Source: Deltaproteobacteria bacterium
GTDB lineage: Bacteria; Myxococcota_A; Polyangia; Polyangiales; Ga0077539
Direction: 5' to 3'
Length of the DNA: 64,000 bases
Assembly (NCBI GenBank): GCA_016218725.1
Contig: JACRDB010000064.1
Location: 898 to 64,897 of the forward strand
Under the pieces are notes generated by a model. That model was not told where the DNA came from and did no database searches. It was given only the letters and a program-made list of their open reading frames with translations. Position 1 is the first letter of the stretch. Each line of letters starts with the position of its first letter. The translations under genes were made by a program, and so were the position numbers. Below, one piece after another: positions 49,155 through 57,894 of this stretch.

Positions 49155-50519
49155 ATGCCCCGAGGACGAAACGACGACGAGGAGCTCCCGGAGCTCCCGC
49201 CCATGGACGACGACGACGAGGCCCCCGCCGCGGAGGAGCCCTCGGAGGCGATTCCGGAGCCCGACGAGGCGTGGGACGACGACCCCGTGGACGACGCCAC
49301 GGACGAAGACCTCACGAGCCCGGAGCCCGTGGGGGACGAGCCCGACGAAGACGAAGGCCCATTGGAGACCCCCGACGAGGACCTCCCGAGGGACCAGGGA
49401 GAGCGCTGGACCGGCGACGACGATCCCGTGGAGGAACCCCCGGACCGGGACCTCACGGAGGATGGTGGAGATGCCCCGGACCGCGGCGAGGAGGGGCCCA
49501 TGGATGACGGCGCGGACGAGCTGGACGCCCTCGCGCCCCTCGACGGGGACGAGTCCGAGGAGCCCGAGGAGGGCGCCTCGGGGCCCTTGCTGGAGCCTGT
49601 CGCGGGGGTGACGCTCCGGAGGGTCCCGGGGGCGCTGGTGGTGACGCACCTGGCGCTCGGCGCGGACCGGCTCTACGCCGTCGGGGACGGGGTGAGGTCC
49701 GCGCCGCTGGGCTTCGTGGACGACGCGGCGGAGTTCGCCTTCGAGCCCCTGGAGCTCCCGCGCGAGGAGCTACCACTTTGCATCGTCGAAGACGCCTCCG
49801 GGGCGCTGACGGTGGGCTGCGCCTCGGGCCAGGTGCTCCAGCAGGACGCGCGCTCGGCGCCCTGGGCCGTGGTGGACGCCGGGGCCGCGGGGGCCGTGGT
49901 GGAGCTGGCCACGGACGGCTCGGACTGGGCCCTCCGCACCGACGGTGGCGCCGCCCGGATCGGGGACGGGCGCTACTGGACGGGCCTCGCCTCGGACGCC
50001 TCGGTGCATGGGATCGTGGTGGACCTCCTGGGACCGGGTCCCGGCAGCGCGCTCCTCCTGGTGACCGCGGGGCCGCGGGCCTGGGTGGCGCGTTCGGCCC
50101 GCAGCGCCGAGGCGCTGGTGACCGTCCCCGAGGGGTGCGCCCCGCAGGTGGCGGTGCGCCGCGGGGACCTGTGGCTGGTGGTGGATCGTCGGCCCGGGCA
50201 GAGGGCGTGGCTCTCGCAGGACGGAGGGGCCCGCTGGACCCGCGCTGAGGCCCTGGACGGCGCCACGGCGGCCACCCTGGTGGACACCGACGACGGCGCC
50301 GCCACGGCCCTGGCCTCGCTCCCCGAGGGCGACGGGGCCGCGCTGGTGGAGCTCCCGCTGTCCTCCGCCGCGCCGCAGGCCCCGCGGAGGCTCAGCACGC
50401 TGGGCCCGTCGCTCTCGGACGAGGGGCCTTGTCGGGTGCACGCCCTCCTGGCCCTGGACCGCGCCGGGCGGCGCGTGGTGGCGGCCACGGAGACGGGCGT
50501 CTGGCTCCTGGAACGGTGA
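49155..50519 (+). CDS. Hypothetical protein: very acidic N-terminal region plus probable beta-propeller
   Basis: ATG 19 bp after the udg stop. About 140 aa D/E-rich segment, no signal peptide, C-terminal SQDGGARWT (BNR/Asp-box-like) motif. Confidence 0.7.
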   Translation: MPRGRNDDEELPELPPMDDDDEAPAAEEPSEAIPEPDEAWDDDPVDDATDEDLTSPEPVGDEPDEDEGPLETPDEDLPRDQGERWTGDDDPVEEPPDRDLTEDGGDAPDRGEEGPMDDGADELDALAPLDGDESEEPEEGASGPLLEPVAGVTLRRVPGALVVTHLALGADRLYAVGDGVRSAPLGFVDDAAEFAFEPLELPREELPLCIVEDASGALTVGCASGQVLQQDARSAPWAVVDAGAAGAVVELATDGSDWALRTDGGAARIGDGRYWTGLASDASVHGIVVDLLGPGPGSALLLVTAGPRAWVARSARSAEALVTVPEGCAPQVAVRRGDLWLVVDRRPGQRAWLSQDGGARWTRAEALDGATAATLVDTDDGAATALASLPEGDGAALVELPLSSAAPQAPRRLSTLGPSLSDEGPCRVHALLALDRAGRRVVAATETGVWLLER

Positions 50520-50520
50520 G

Positions 50521-51345
50521 CTACTTCTTCATGGCCTCGCCCAGCTCGCGGGCGCGGCGCGTGGCGGTCTCCACGGCGTTGATGAGCGTGGTGCGCAGCC
50601 CTCCGGCTTCGAGGGTATGGAGCCCCGCGATGGCCGTACCCCCCGGGGAGGTGACCTGGTCTCGCAGGCGGCCGGGGTGCTCCCCCGTCTGGAGGAGCAT
50701 CTGGGCCGAACCCAGCACGGTCTGGGCGGCGAGCTCCAGGCCCACGTCCCGGGCCAGGCCTACCTTCACGCCCGCGTCGGCGAGGGCCTCGATCACCAGG
50801 AAGATGTACGCCGGCCCGGAGCCCGAGAGCCCCGTGACGGCGTCCAGGTGGACCTCGTCCACCAGCACGGCGCGGCCCACCAGGTTGAAGAACCGCCGCG
50901 CGAGCTCCAGGTCGTCCTCCGTGGCGCTCTGCCCGGGGGCGATGGCCGTGGCCCCCATGCGCACCACCGCGCAGGTGTTGGGCATCGCCCGCACGACCCG
51001 CTGCCCCGCGTGCAGGTGCGCCTCCAGCGCCGTGGTGGGCACCCCCGCCGCGACGGACACCACCAGCGCGTCCCGAGGGATCTCCCTCCCGAGGGGCTCG
51101 AACACCTGGAGCAGCACCTGGGGCTTGACGCACAGCACCACCACGTCCGCGCCCCGGACGCACTGGGCGTTGTCCGCCGCGGCGCGAACCCCGAGGCGCT
51201 CCGCCGTGCGCTCGCACTTGTCCTTGCGCCGACCCGAGAGCACCACGTGGTCCGGGGGAACCACCCCCGAGGACAGGAGCCCCCGGATCAGCGCGTCGGC
51301 CATGTTGCCAGCGCCCACGAACGCGAACCGCTTGCCTTCAAACAT
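50521..51345 (-). CDS. proC: Pyrroline-5-carboxylate reductase
   Basis: FVGAGNMA, VKPQ, VRAMPNT, TGLSGSGPAY, VTSPGGT. Confidence 0.97.
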   Translation of the reverse strand: MFEGKRFAFVGAGNMADALIRGLLSSGVVPPDHVVLSGRRKDKCERTAERLGVRAAADNAQCVRGADVVVLCVKPQVLLQVFEPLGREIPRDALVVSVAAGVPTTALEAHLHAGQRVVRAMPNTCAVVRMGATAIAPGQSATEDDLELARRFFNLVGRAVLVDEVHLDAVTGLSGSGPAYIFLVIEALADAGVKVGLARDVGLELAAQTVLGSAQMLLQTGEHPGRLRDQVTSPGGTAIAGLHTLEAGGLRTTLINAVETATRRARELGEAMKK

Positions 51346-51354
51346 CGCGCGACC

Positions 51355-51633
51355 TTACCGCAACGGGTAGCGCTCCACCCGCTCGCGGTGCACCGGCACC
51401 GCCACCGCCCGGGGCCTGGGCGCCTCGGGCGTGGGCACCACCGGCACCGGCGTGGCCACCAACGGCGGGCGCAGTGGGGTGGTGTGAGGCGGTGTGGGTG
51501 GTTGTGCGTGAGAGTAGGTGCGGCCCCGTGGTGCGAGGGAGACCACCAGGGCCGCGAGGGTGACGGTGAGGGCGACGAGGGCGGCGGCCGCGCGGGGGGA
51601 GGGGGCGCGGGCCTCGGGGTCGGAGGAGGCCAC
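51355..51633 (-). CDS. Possible small membrane-anchored Pro-rich protein
   Basis: One TM segment (AAAALVALTVTLAALVVSL); fills the proC-proB gap. Confidence 0.35.
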   Translation of the reverse strand: MASSDPEARAPSPRAAAALVALTVTLAALVVSLAPRGRTYSHAQPPTPPHTTPLRPPLVATPVPVVPTPEAPRPRAVAVPVHRERVERYPLR

Positions 51634-51667
51634 GGAGGTGTGCTACCACCGGTCGCAGCGGGACGCG

Positions 51668-52801
51668 ATGATGCGACAGACAGACGGCGAGGGCGCGCGG
51701 CGCGGGGTGCTCACGGGCGCCAGGACGGTGGTGGTGAAGCTCGGCACCGGGGTGCTGACGGGGCCGACGGGCGGCGTGGACCGGGGGGTGTGGGGCGCCC
51801 TGGTGGACGAGCTGGCCGCCCTCGCAGAGACCCGGCAGGTGGTGGTGGTCTCCTCCGGCGCCATCGCGCTCGGGGTGGAGGCCCTGGGGCTCGCCTCCAG
51901 GCCGAAGGCGATGGACGCGCTCCAGGCGTGCGCCGCGGTGGGCCAGGGGGTATTGATCGCGCGCTGGGCCGAGGGCTTCGCGAGACACCACCGGGTGGTG
52001 GCCCAGGTGCTCCTCACCCACGCGGACCTGGCCAGCCGCAAGCGCTGGCTCAACGCCCGGAGGGCCCTGGCGGAGCTCGTGCGCCGCGGGGCCATCGCCG
52101 TGATCAACGAGAATGACACCGTGAGCTTTGAAGAGATCGCCTTTGGGGACAACGACAACCTCTCGGCGCAGGTGGCCAACCTGTGCCAGGCGGACGCGCT
52201 GGTGATGCTGTCGGTGGCCCCGGGGCTCCTGGACGGCGACCGGGTGGTGCCGTGCGTAGCGCCCGGGGACCGCGCGGTGGACGCGCTCATTCACCGCGGG
52301 ACCTCCGCCGGGGGCACCGGCGGCATGGCCTCGAAGGTGGCCGCCGCCAGGGCCGCCACGGAGGTCGGCTGCGCCGCGGTGATCGCGCCGGGCAAGCGCC
52401 CTGGTGTCCTGGGCGCGCTCTTCGACGGTGAAGACGTGGGCACGGTGTTCCTGCCGGGGACCACCCGCAAGGCCTCCCGGGACCATTGGATCGCCCACAC
52501 GCTTCGCCCTCGGGGCGTGGTCACCGTGGACCGCGGCGCGCGGGACGCCGTGCGGGCCGGGCGGAGCCTGCTGCCGTCGGGCATCACCGCCGTGCGCGGG
52601 GGCTTCGGCGAGGGCGACGCCGTGGACCTCGAGGGACCCGGGGGCGAGCTCTTCGCCCGGGGCCTGGTGGCGGTGAGCGCCCAGGACCTGGAGAAGATCC
52701 GTGGGAGGCGCACCCAGGAGGTGCCCTCGCTCCTCGGGTATGACCCCGGGGCCGAGGTCCTCCACGCCGACGACCTGGTGCTCCTCGGGGTGCCGTCGTG
52801 A
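51668..52801 (+). CDS. proB: Glutamate 5-kinase with PUA domain
   Basis: VVVKLGT, VSSGAI, INENDTV, FGDNDNLSA, GTGGMASK, SLLPSGI. Confidence 0.96.
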   Translation: MMRQTDGEGARRGVLTGARTVVVKLGTGVLTGPTGGVDRGVWGALVDELAALAETRQVVVVSSGAIALGVEALGLASRPKAMDALQACAAVGQGVLIARWAEGFARHHRVVAQVLLTHADLASRKRWLNARRALAELVRRGAIAVINENDTVSFEEIAFGDNDNLSAQVANLCQADALVMLSVAPGLLDGDRVVPCVAPGDRAVDALIHRGTSAGGTGGMASKVAAARAATEVGCAAVIAPGKRPGVLGALFDGEDVGTVFLPGTTRKASRDHWIAHTLRPRGVVTVDRGARDAVRAGRSLLPSGITAVRGGFGEGDAVDLEGPGGELFARGLVAVSAQDLEKIRGRRTQEVPSLLGYDPGAEVLHADDLVLLGVPS

Positions 52802-54060
52802 GCGCCCTGGACGTGCTCCTTCGGAGCGCCCGGCGCGCCCAGGGCGTGCTCTCCCGCGCGTCCTCCCCGCAGCGGGCGCTGTGCCTGGAGGTCCTCGGGG
52901 CGCGCCTCGCGGCGGCGCGGAGGGCCATCCTGGAGGCCAACCGCGAGGACCTCGACGCGGCCACGGAGCTCTCCCCGGCGCTCCGGGACCGGCTGACGCT
53001 CACGCCCCTGCGCCTGGACGGGGTGCTCAAGGCCCTGGGTGAGGTGCTCGCCCTGGAGGACCCCCTCGGCGAGGAGCGCCCGCTACCGGGGGGCTCGCCG
53101 AGGCCCAACGGGCTGCGGGTGTACCGCCGTCGGATCCCCCTCGGAGTGCTGGCGGTGATCTACGAAGCGAGGCCCAACGTCACCGTGGAGGCGTCGGCGC
53201 TGTGCTTGAAGAGCGGCAACGCGGTGGTGCTCCGCGGGGGCCGCGAGGCCGCGCGCACGAACCTCGCCCTGGCCCGCGAGGTGCGGGGCGCCCTGGGCGA
53301 CGCGGGCCTGGACCCGGACGCGGTGACCCTCCTGGAGGACCCTTCGAGGGACGCGGTGCGCGCGCTCCTGGGGGCCGTGGGCAAGGTGGACCTTGTGGTC
53401 CCTCGGGGGGGCCCAGGGCTCATGGCCTTCGTGGACGAGCACGCCAGGGTCCCGGTGATCCGTCACGGCCAGGGGATCTGTCACCTGTACGTCCACGCCG
53501 ACGCGGACCACGCCATGGCGAGGGCGCTGGTGGTGAACTCCAAGGTGCAGCGCCCGGGGGTGTGCAACGCCCTGGAGACGCTGCTCGTGCACCGCGAGGC
53601 GGCCCCGCAGCTCCTGCCCTCGCTCGGCGCGGCGCTGCGAGAAGAGGGCGTGGAGCTCCGGGCCTGCGCGCGCTCCGCGGAGCTCCTCCGGGCGAGCGGG
53701 GTCCCCGCGGTGGACGCCCACCCGGAGGACTGGGACACGGAGTTCCTCGCGCTCATCCTCGCCGTGCGCTGCGTGGACTCCCTCGACGATGCCCTGGCGC
53801 ACATCGCGCGGCACGGCACGGGCCACACAGCCTCGGTGTGCACCCGGGACCCCTCCGTGGGGGAGCGCTTCCTGCGCGAAGTGGACGCGTCCTGCGTGCT
53901 CTGGAACGCCTCCACGCGCTTCAACGACGGGGGCGAGCTCGGCCTCGGCGCGGAGCTCGGCATCTCCACCAGCCGGATGCACGCCTTCGGCCCCATGGGC
54001 CTGCGCGAGTTGACGGCGGAGAAGTTCGTCGTCCGCGGCGAGGGCCAGGTGCGAAGCTAA
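52798..54060 (+). CDS. proA: Gamma-glutamyl phosphate reductase
   Basis: PLGVLAVIYEARPNVT, CNALETLL, NASTRFNDG, GISTSRMHAFGPMGL. Confidence 0.97.
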   Translation: MSALDVLLRSARRAQGVLSRASSPQRALCLEVLGARLAAARRAILEANREDLDAATELSPALRDRLTLTPLRLDGVLKALGEVLALEDPLGEERPLPGGSPRPNGLRVYRRRIPLGVLAVIYEARPNVTVEASALCLKSGNAVVLRGGREAARTNLALAREVRGALGDAGLDPDAVTLLEDPSRDAVRALLGAVGKVDLVVPRGGPGLMAFVDEHARVPVIRHGQGICHLYVHADADHAMARALVVNSKVQRPGVCNALETLLVHREAAPQLLPSLGAALREEGVELRACARSAELLRASGVPAVDAHPEDWDTEFLALILAVRCVDSLDDALAHIARHGTGHTASVCTRDPSVGERFLREVDASCVLWNASTRFNDGGELGLGAELGISTSRMHAFGPMGLRELTAEKFVVRGEGQVRS

Positions 54061-54370
54061 GGTCCCGCGGGGCCCTAAGGTCCCGCGTGTGCATGTGCGC
54101 TCTCAAGCAATGCCTCCAAGGGCGCACGAGTTTCGTTCACCGCGGCTGCCGACCTGGGTCACGGAGCTCTCCGCCACCGTCGCCGCCCAGGTTCTTCTAG
54201 GCATTGCCAGGGTCACCGCCAGGGTGGAGGGGACCGTCGCCCGACATCGCCCTACATTGTCTCCTGAGGGCACCAGACCGCGGTGAAAAGTCCCCAACTG
54301 CGGTCTGAGGACCGCAGTGGGACCCCACGGATGTTTGCGCGCCCGCGGGCGCCAGGGATATGGTCCCAGT

Positions 54371-55372
54371 GTGGGGTTTTCTCTGGCCACCTTCAATGTC
54401 CGGGACCTCTTCGATGATGTCCGTCCCCATGTGATCGGCCAGCTTGACCGCGACGGCTTCAACATCTGGGCGCAGCGTCGGGCGCGTACGCTCTATGGTC
54501 GCAAGCTCGAAGCGGTGGCTGCGATGGTGGCCCGCGCGGACGCGGACGTGGTGGCGCTGCAGGAGGTCGAGGGCCAGGTGGTGCTCGAGGCCCTCCGAGG
54601 GGTGGTGGCGCCCTACGGGTACACCGCGGCGGTGGTGGGCGCCCAGGACGAGCGAGGGATCTCCTGCGGGGTGCTCTCGCGGCTGCCCGTGCAGTCGTCG
54701 GAGGTGCATGGCGTGGGGGAGCTGGCCTTTCCGGTGTTCGCCGAGGGGGACCAGCGGCCCTTCTCCGGGAGGCTGCGGTCACGGCGTGGCGTGCTGGAGG
54801 TGAACGTGACGCTGCCCGACGGGGGCGCGCTCTGCCTCCTGGTGGTGCACCTGAAGTCCGCGCGGGCGCTGCCGCGGTTGGACGCGGCCGGCAATCCCCT
54901 GGAGGCGGAGGGGCACTACGGCGCGGCGGAGGGCGCCGCGCGCGCGGTGGTGGTGCGCCTGGCCGAGGCCCTGCAGGTGCGCTCGCTGGTGGAGGCGAGG
55001 CTCATGCGCGACTCCCGGGCGCAGCTCGCGGTGCTTGGGGACTTCAACGACACGCCTGGGAGCGTGGTGCTGCGGAGCATCGCCGGGGAGCTGGCGGAGC
55101 CTCCTCGGGGCCGCGGGAGCGACCTGGAGGCGGCCACCGTGTTGGAGGCCGGGGTGCTCTTCCACTGCGCCAGGAGCGTCCCTGCGGAGGCGCGGTACAC
55201 CATCGTGTACCGAGGCGTGGGCCAGCAGGTGGACCACGTGCTGGTGAGCCGCGCGCTCTGGCGGCGCTTCCGCGGCGCGAGGATCTTGAACGAGTACCTC
55301 AAGGACGGCCAGGCCGAGGGGCGCGAGGACGTGGAGAGCGACCACGCCCCGCTGGTGGCGACCTTCGCGTAG
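54371..55372 (+). CDS. Endonuclease/exonuclease/phosphatase family protein
   Basis: ATFNV, VALQEV, VHLKS, LGDFND, VDHVLVS, SDH. Confidence 0.9.
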   Translation: MGFSLATFNVRDLFDDVRPHVIGQLDRDGFNIWAQRRARTLYGRKLEAVAAMVARADADVVALQEVEGQVVLEALRGVVAPYGYTAAVVGAQDERGISCGVLSRLPVQSSEVHGVGELAFPVFAEGDQRPFSGRLRSRRGVLEVNVTLPDGGALCLLVVHLKSARALPRLDAAGNPLEAEGHYGAAEGAARAVVVRLAEALQVRSLVEARLMRDSRAQLAVLGDFNDTPGSVVLRSIAGELAEPPRGRGSDLEAATVLEAGVLFHCARSVPAEARYTIVYRGVGQQVDHVLVSRALWRRFRGARILNEYLKDGQAEGREDVESDHAPLVATFA

Positions 55373-55403
55373 CGCTGGCGCGCGGGCCTCGGCCCGTGGC
55401 ACC

Positions 55404-56285
55404 ATGCGCGGGATGAGCACCGCGTACCTGCGCGTCGGGGGCCTCGCGCTCCTCGGGACGCTCCTGGCCTGCCCCCGAAACGAGAGCCAGCTGCGGCCCG
55501 CCCCGCGCAGGGACGCCCGCGCCGCAGACGCCGCGCCGGCGCCGCCCCCCACGCAGCCGGTGGTGGTCCCGAGGGACGTTCCCGCGCCGGCGCGGGAGCC
55601 CTCCGGGGCCCGCGACACGATGATGCCGCTCACCACCGGGGCCGAGCGCTTCGTCGCGCTCGCCACGCAGGTCGACGGCGGCGCGCCCTCGGAGCTCCAG
55701 CGCGAGCTCGAGGTGCTGCGGATGTCCGTCCGGCCGATGGTGGCGCCGCCGGTGCGCCTCGCGTCGCTCCGGCTGCTGCATGCCCTGGGCGCCCTGGCCC
55801 AGCCTTGGCTGCGCGGGGGCGCGCCGCCCTCGGCGGGGCTCCTGGCGGCGCGGCGCCAGGCGGTCACCCAGGCGAAGGCCCAGCTCGACCAGGCCGTCGC
55901 GGCCAACCCCGGCGTGCGCGAGACGCCCCACAACTCCGCGGAGGCCGCCGCCGTGGCGCTGCAGGCCTGGCTCGTGGCGAGCCGCGCCTCCGGGGCGGGA
56001 GGGGGCTTCGTGGAGCCTCAGGTGCGGTGGTTCGGGGGGCTCCCCGCGGGGCTCGACGGGGGCCTCGCGGAGGCGTGCGCGGCGAGGCTCCGGCACCAGC
56101 CGACGGCCCCGGTGGCGGGGGAGTTCTCCCCGGCGGGGGGCTGCGCGCTCGTGTCCTTCGGCACCTCCAACGCCGCGGACGCGGCCCTGGCGAGGGTCGT
56201 CGCCGCGCCCGGGGCGGCGGGCGTGACCCTGGCCGTGGCCGCGTGGGACGGGGGGACCTTCCGGCTCTCCGGCGGTCCCGAGTAG
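55404..56285 (+). CDS. Hypothetical lipoprotein
   Basis: Lipobox LLAC and Ala-rich helical body. Confidence 0.65.
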   Translation: MRGMSTAYLRVGGLALLGTLLACPRNESQLRPAPRRDARAADAAPAPPPTQPVVVPRDVPAPAREPSGARDTMMPLTTGAERFVALATQVDGGAPSELQRELEVLRMSVRPMVAPPVRLASLRLLHALGALAQPWLRGGAPPSAGLLAARRQAVTQAKAQLDQAVAANPGVRETPHNSAEAAAVALQAWLVASRASGAGGGFVEPQVRWFGGLPAGLDGGLAEACAARLRHQPTAPVAGEFSPAGGCALVSFGTSNAADAALARVVAAPGAAGVTLAVAAWDGGTFRLSGGPE

Positions 56286-56291
56286 TACTCC

Positions 56292-57839
56292 TCAGGAGCT
56301 GGTGCAGGCGCCGCCGACGCAGCGCTGGCCCACGGTGCACACGCGGCCGCAGCCGCCGCAGTTGGAGGTGTCCGTGAAGGGGTCCGTGCAGGCCCCGCCG
56401 CAGCGGACCTGCGTGAGCATGCAGGTCCCGTCGCCGCACGTGGAGAACACGCACGGGCGGTCCATCGGGCAGGCGCGGCCGCAGCCGCCGCAGTGGGCCA
56501 CCGCGAAGCGGGTGTCCACGCAGTCCGAGCCGCAGAGGGTGGTGACCCCGGGGCACGTCCGGGCGACGCAGCGCCCGTCGGTGCACACCTGCCCGGTGGC
56601 GCATGCGTTGCCGCACCGCCCGCAGTGGCGCGCGTCGTTGCCCACCTCGACGCAGTCCCCGGAGCAGAGCGTGAAGCCCGTCGAGCACCCGCAGGCGCCG
56701 TCCGCGCACACCCTCGGCGCGAAGCACGGCCGGTCGCAGCCGCCGCAGTGGGCGCTGTCCGAGCGAGAGTCGATGCACGCCCCGCCGCAGGTCATGAAGG
56801 GCGCCGTGCACCCCGGGCCCATGCACGCCCCCCGGACGCAGGTGGCGCCCTCCGCGCAGGCGTTGCCGCAGCGGCCGCAGTTGAAGCGGTCCAGCATGGT
56901 GTTCGAGCAGATCCCCATGCACCGGGTGAGCCCCGTCGGGCACCCCACGCACCCGCCGTCCTCGCAGTCCTGGCCCGGCATGCACACGTTCCCGCAGGCG
57001 CCGCAGTTGTCCCGGTCGAAGCGCAGGTTCAGGCACCGCAGCCCGCACGCCCGCAGCGGCGCCGGGCACATCGGCTCGGCGATGCACGACCCGTCCGCGC
57101 ACACCTGCCCCGCCATGCACGCCCGGCCGCACATCCCGCAGTGCATGCGGCTCTCGCGGGTGTTCACGCACGCCCCCGCGCAGCGCGTCTCACCCGCCCG
57201 GCAGGGCACCGCGCACACCCCCGCATCGCACACCTGCCCGGCCGCGCAGGGCCGCTCGCAGCCCCCGCAGTGCCGCACGTCCGTCTGCGTGTTCACGCAC
57301 TCGGCCCCGCACCGGGACAGGTCCCCGGGGCACGCCCCGGTGTCCATTGGCATCGGGAGGTCGAAGAACGGCAGGTCCACCGCGGGCGGGCCGTCCAGCG
57401 CCGGGGGACCGTCAAAGCCCGGTCCCGTGTCAACTGGAGTAGTCGTGTCCGGGGGCCTCGACGTGTCCATTGGCATCGCCGTATCGAGCGGCGGCGCCGA
57501 GTCCATCACCGTCGGACCGTCCCCGAGGACGTCAACTGGAGTAGACGTATCGGCGGCCGTGGAGTCCGCGGCGGTGGTGTCCGCGGCGTCGGCCGGTGCG
57601 CTGTCGCCCGGGGCGCTGTCGGCGGGGGGCGAGGAGTCCGAGGGCGGAGCGCCATCTCCCGGGGTGGTGTCCGGGGGAGGGGCGCTGTCCTGGGGCGGGG
57701 GGCCCGCGTCGTCGGCGTCGGAGGCGCCGTCGGAGGCGCCGTCCTGGGAGGCGCTGTCGGCGCGGCCGGAGTCCGGGGTCGAGCCGCCCCCACAGGCGGC
57801 GAGGAGGGAGAACAGAAGGAAGAGGCGCCAGGTTCGCAT
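56292..57839 (-). CDS. Cys-rich repeat lipoprotein (Stig1-like C-x-D/N-x3-D-x2-H/N-CG-x-C-x3-C repeats)
   Basis: Lipobox LAAC, DS/DT linker, about 8 repeats such as CVNTQTDVRHCGGCERPC. Confidence 0.85.
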   Translation of the reverse strand: MRTWRLFLLFSLLAACGGGSTPDSGRADSASQDGASDGASDADDAGPPPQDSAPPPDTTPGDGAPPSDSSPPADSAPGDSAPADAADTTAADSTAADTSTPVDVLGDGPTVMDSAPPLDTAMPMDTSRPPDTTTPVDTGPGFDGPPALDGPPAVDLPFFDLPMPMDTGACPGDLSRCGAECVNTQTDVRHCGGCERPCAAGQVCDAGVCAVPCRAGETRCAGACVNTRESRMHCGMCGRACMAGQVCADGSCIAEPMCPAPLRACGLRCLNLRFDRDNCGACGNVCMPGQDCEDGGCVGCPTGLTRCMGICSNTMLDRFNCGRCGNACAEGATCVRGACMGPGCTAPFMTCGGACIDSRSDSAHCGGCDRPCFAPRVCADGACGCSTGFTLCSGDCVEVGNDARHCGRCGNACATGQVCTDGRCVARTCPGVTTLCGSDCVDTRFAVAHCGGCGRACPMDRPCVFSTCGDGTCMLTQVRCGGACTDPFTDTSNCGGCGRVCTVGQRCVGGACTSS

Positions 57840-57894
57840 ACCCCGGAGCGTACTTTGCTCCGCGGCGGTCGAGAAGCCTCTTCCGGGTGCGGCG

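Noticed and set aside
54120-54140. Hammerhead ribozyme core (CGAAAC on the minus strand)
   Set aside because: The required CUGANGA half is absent.
25498-55372. DNA-repair cluster (YcaQ-like, DinG, UDG, EEP)
   Set aside because: The genes are scattered over 30 kb among unrelated genes and are ordinary chromosomal content, not a system.
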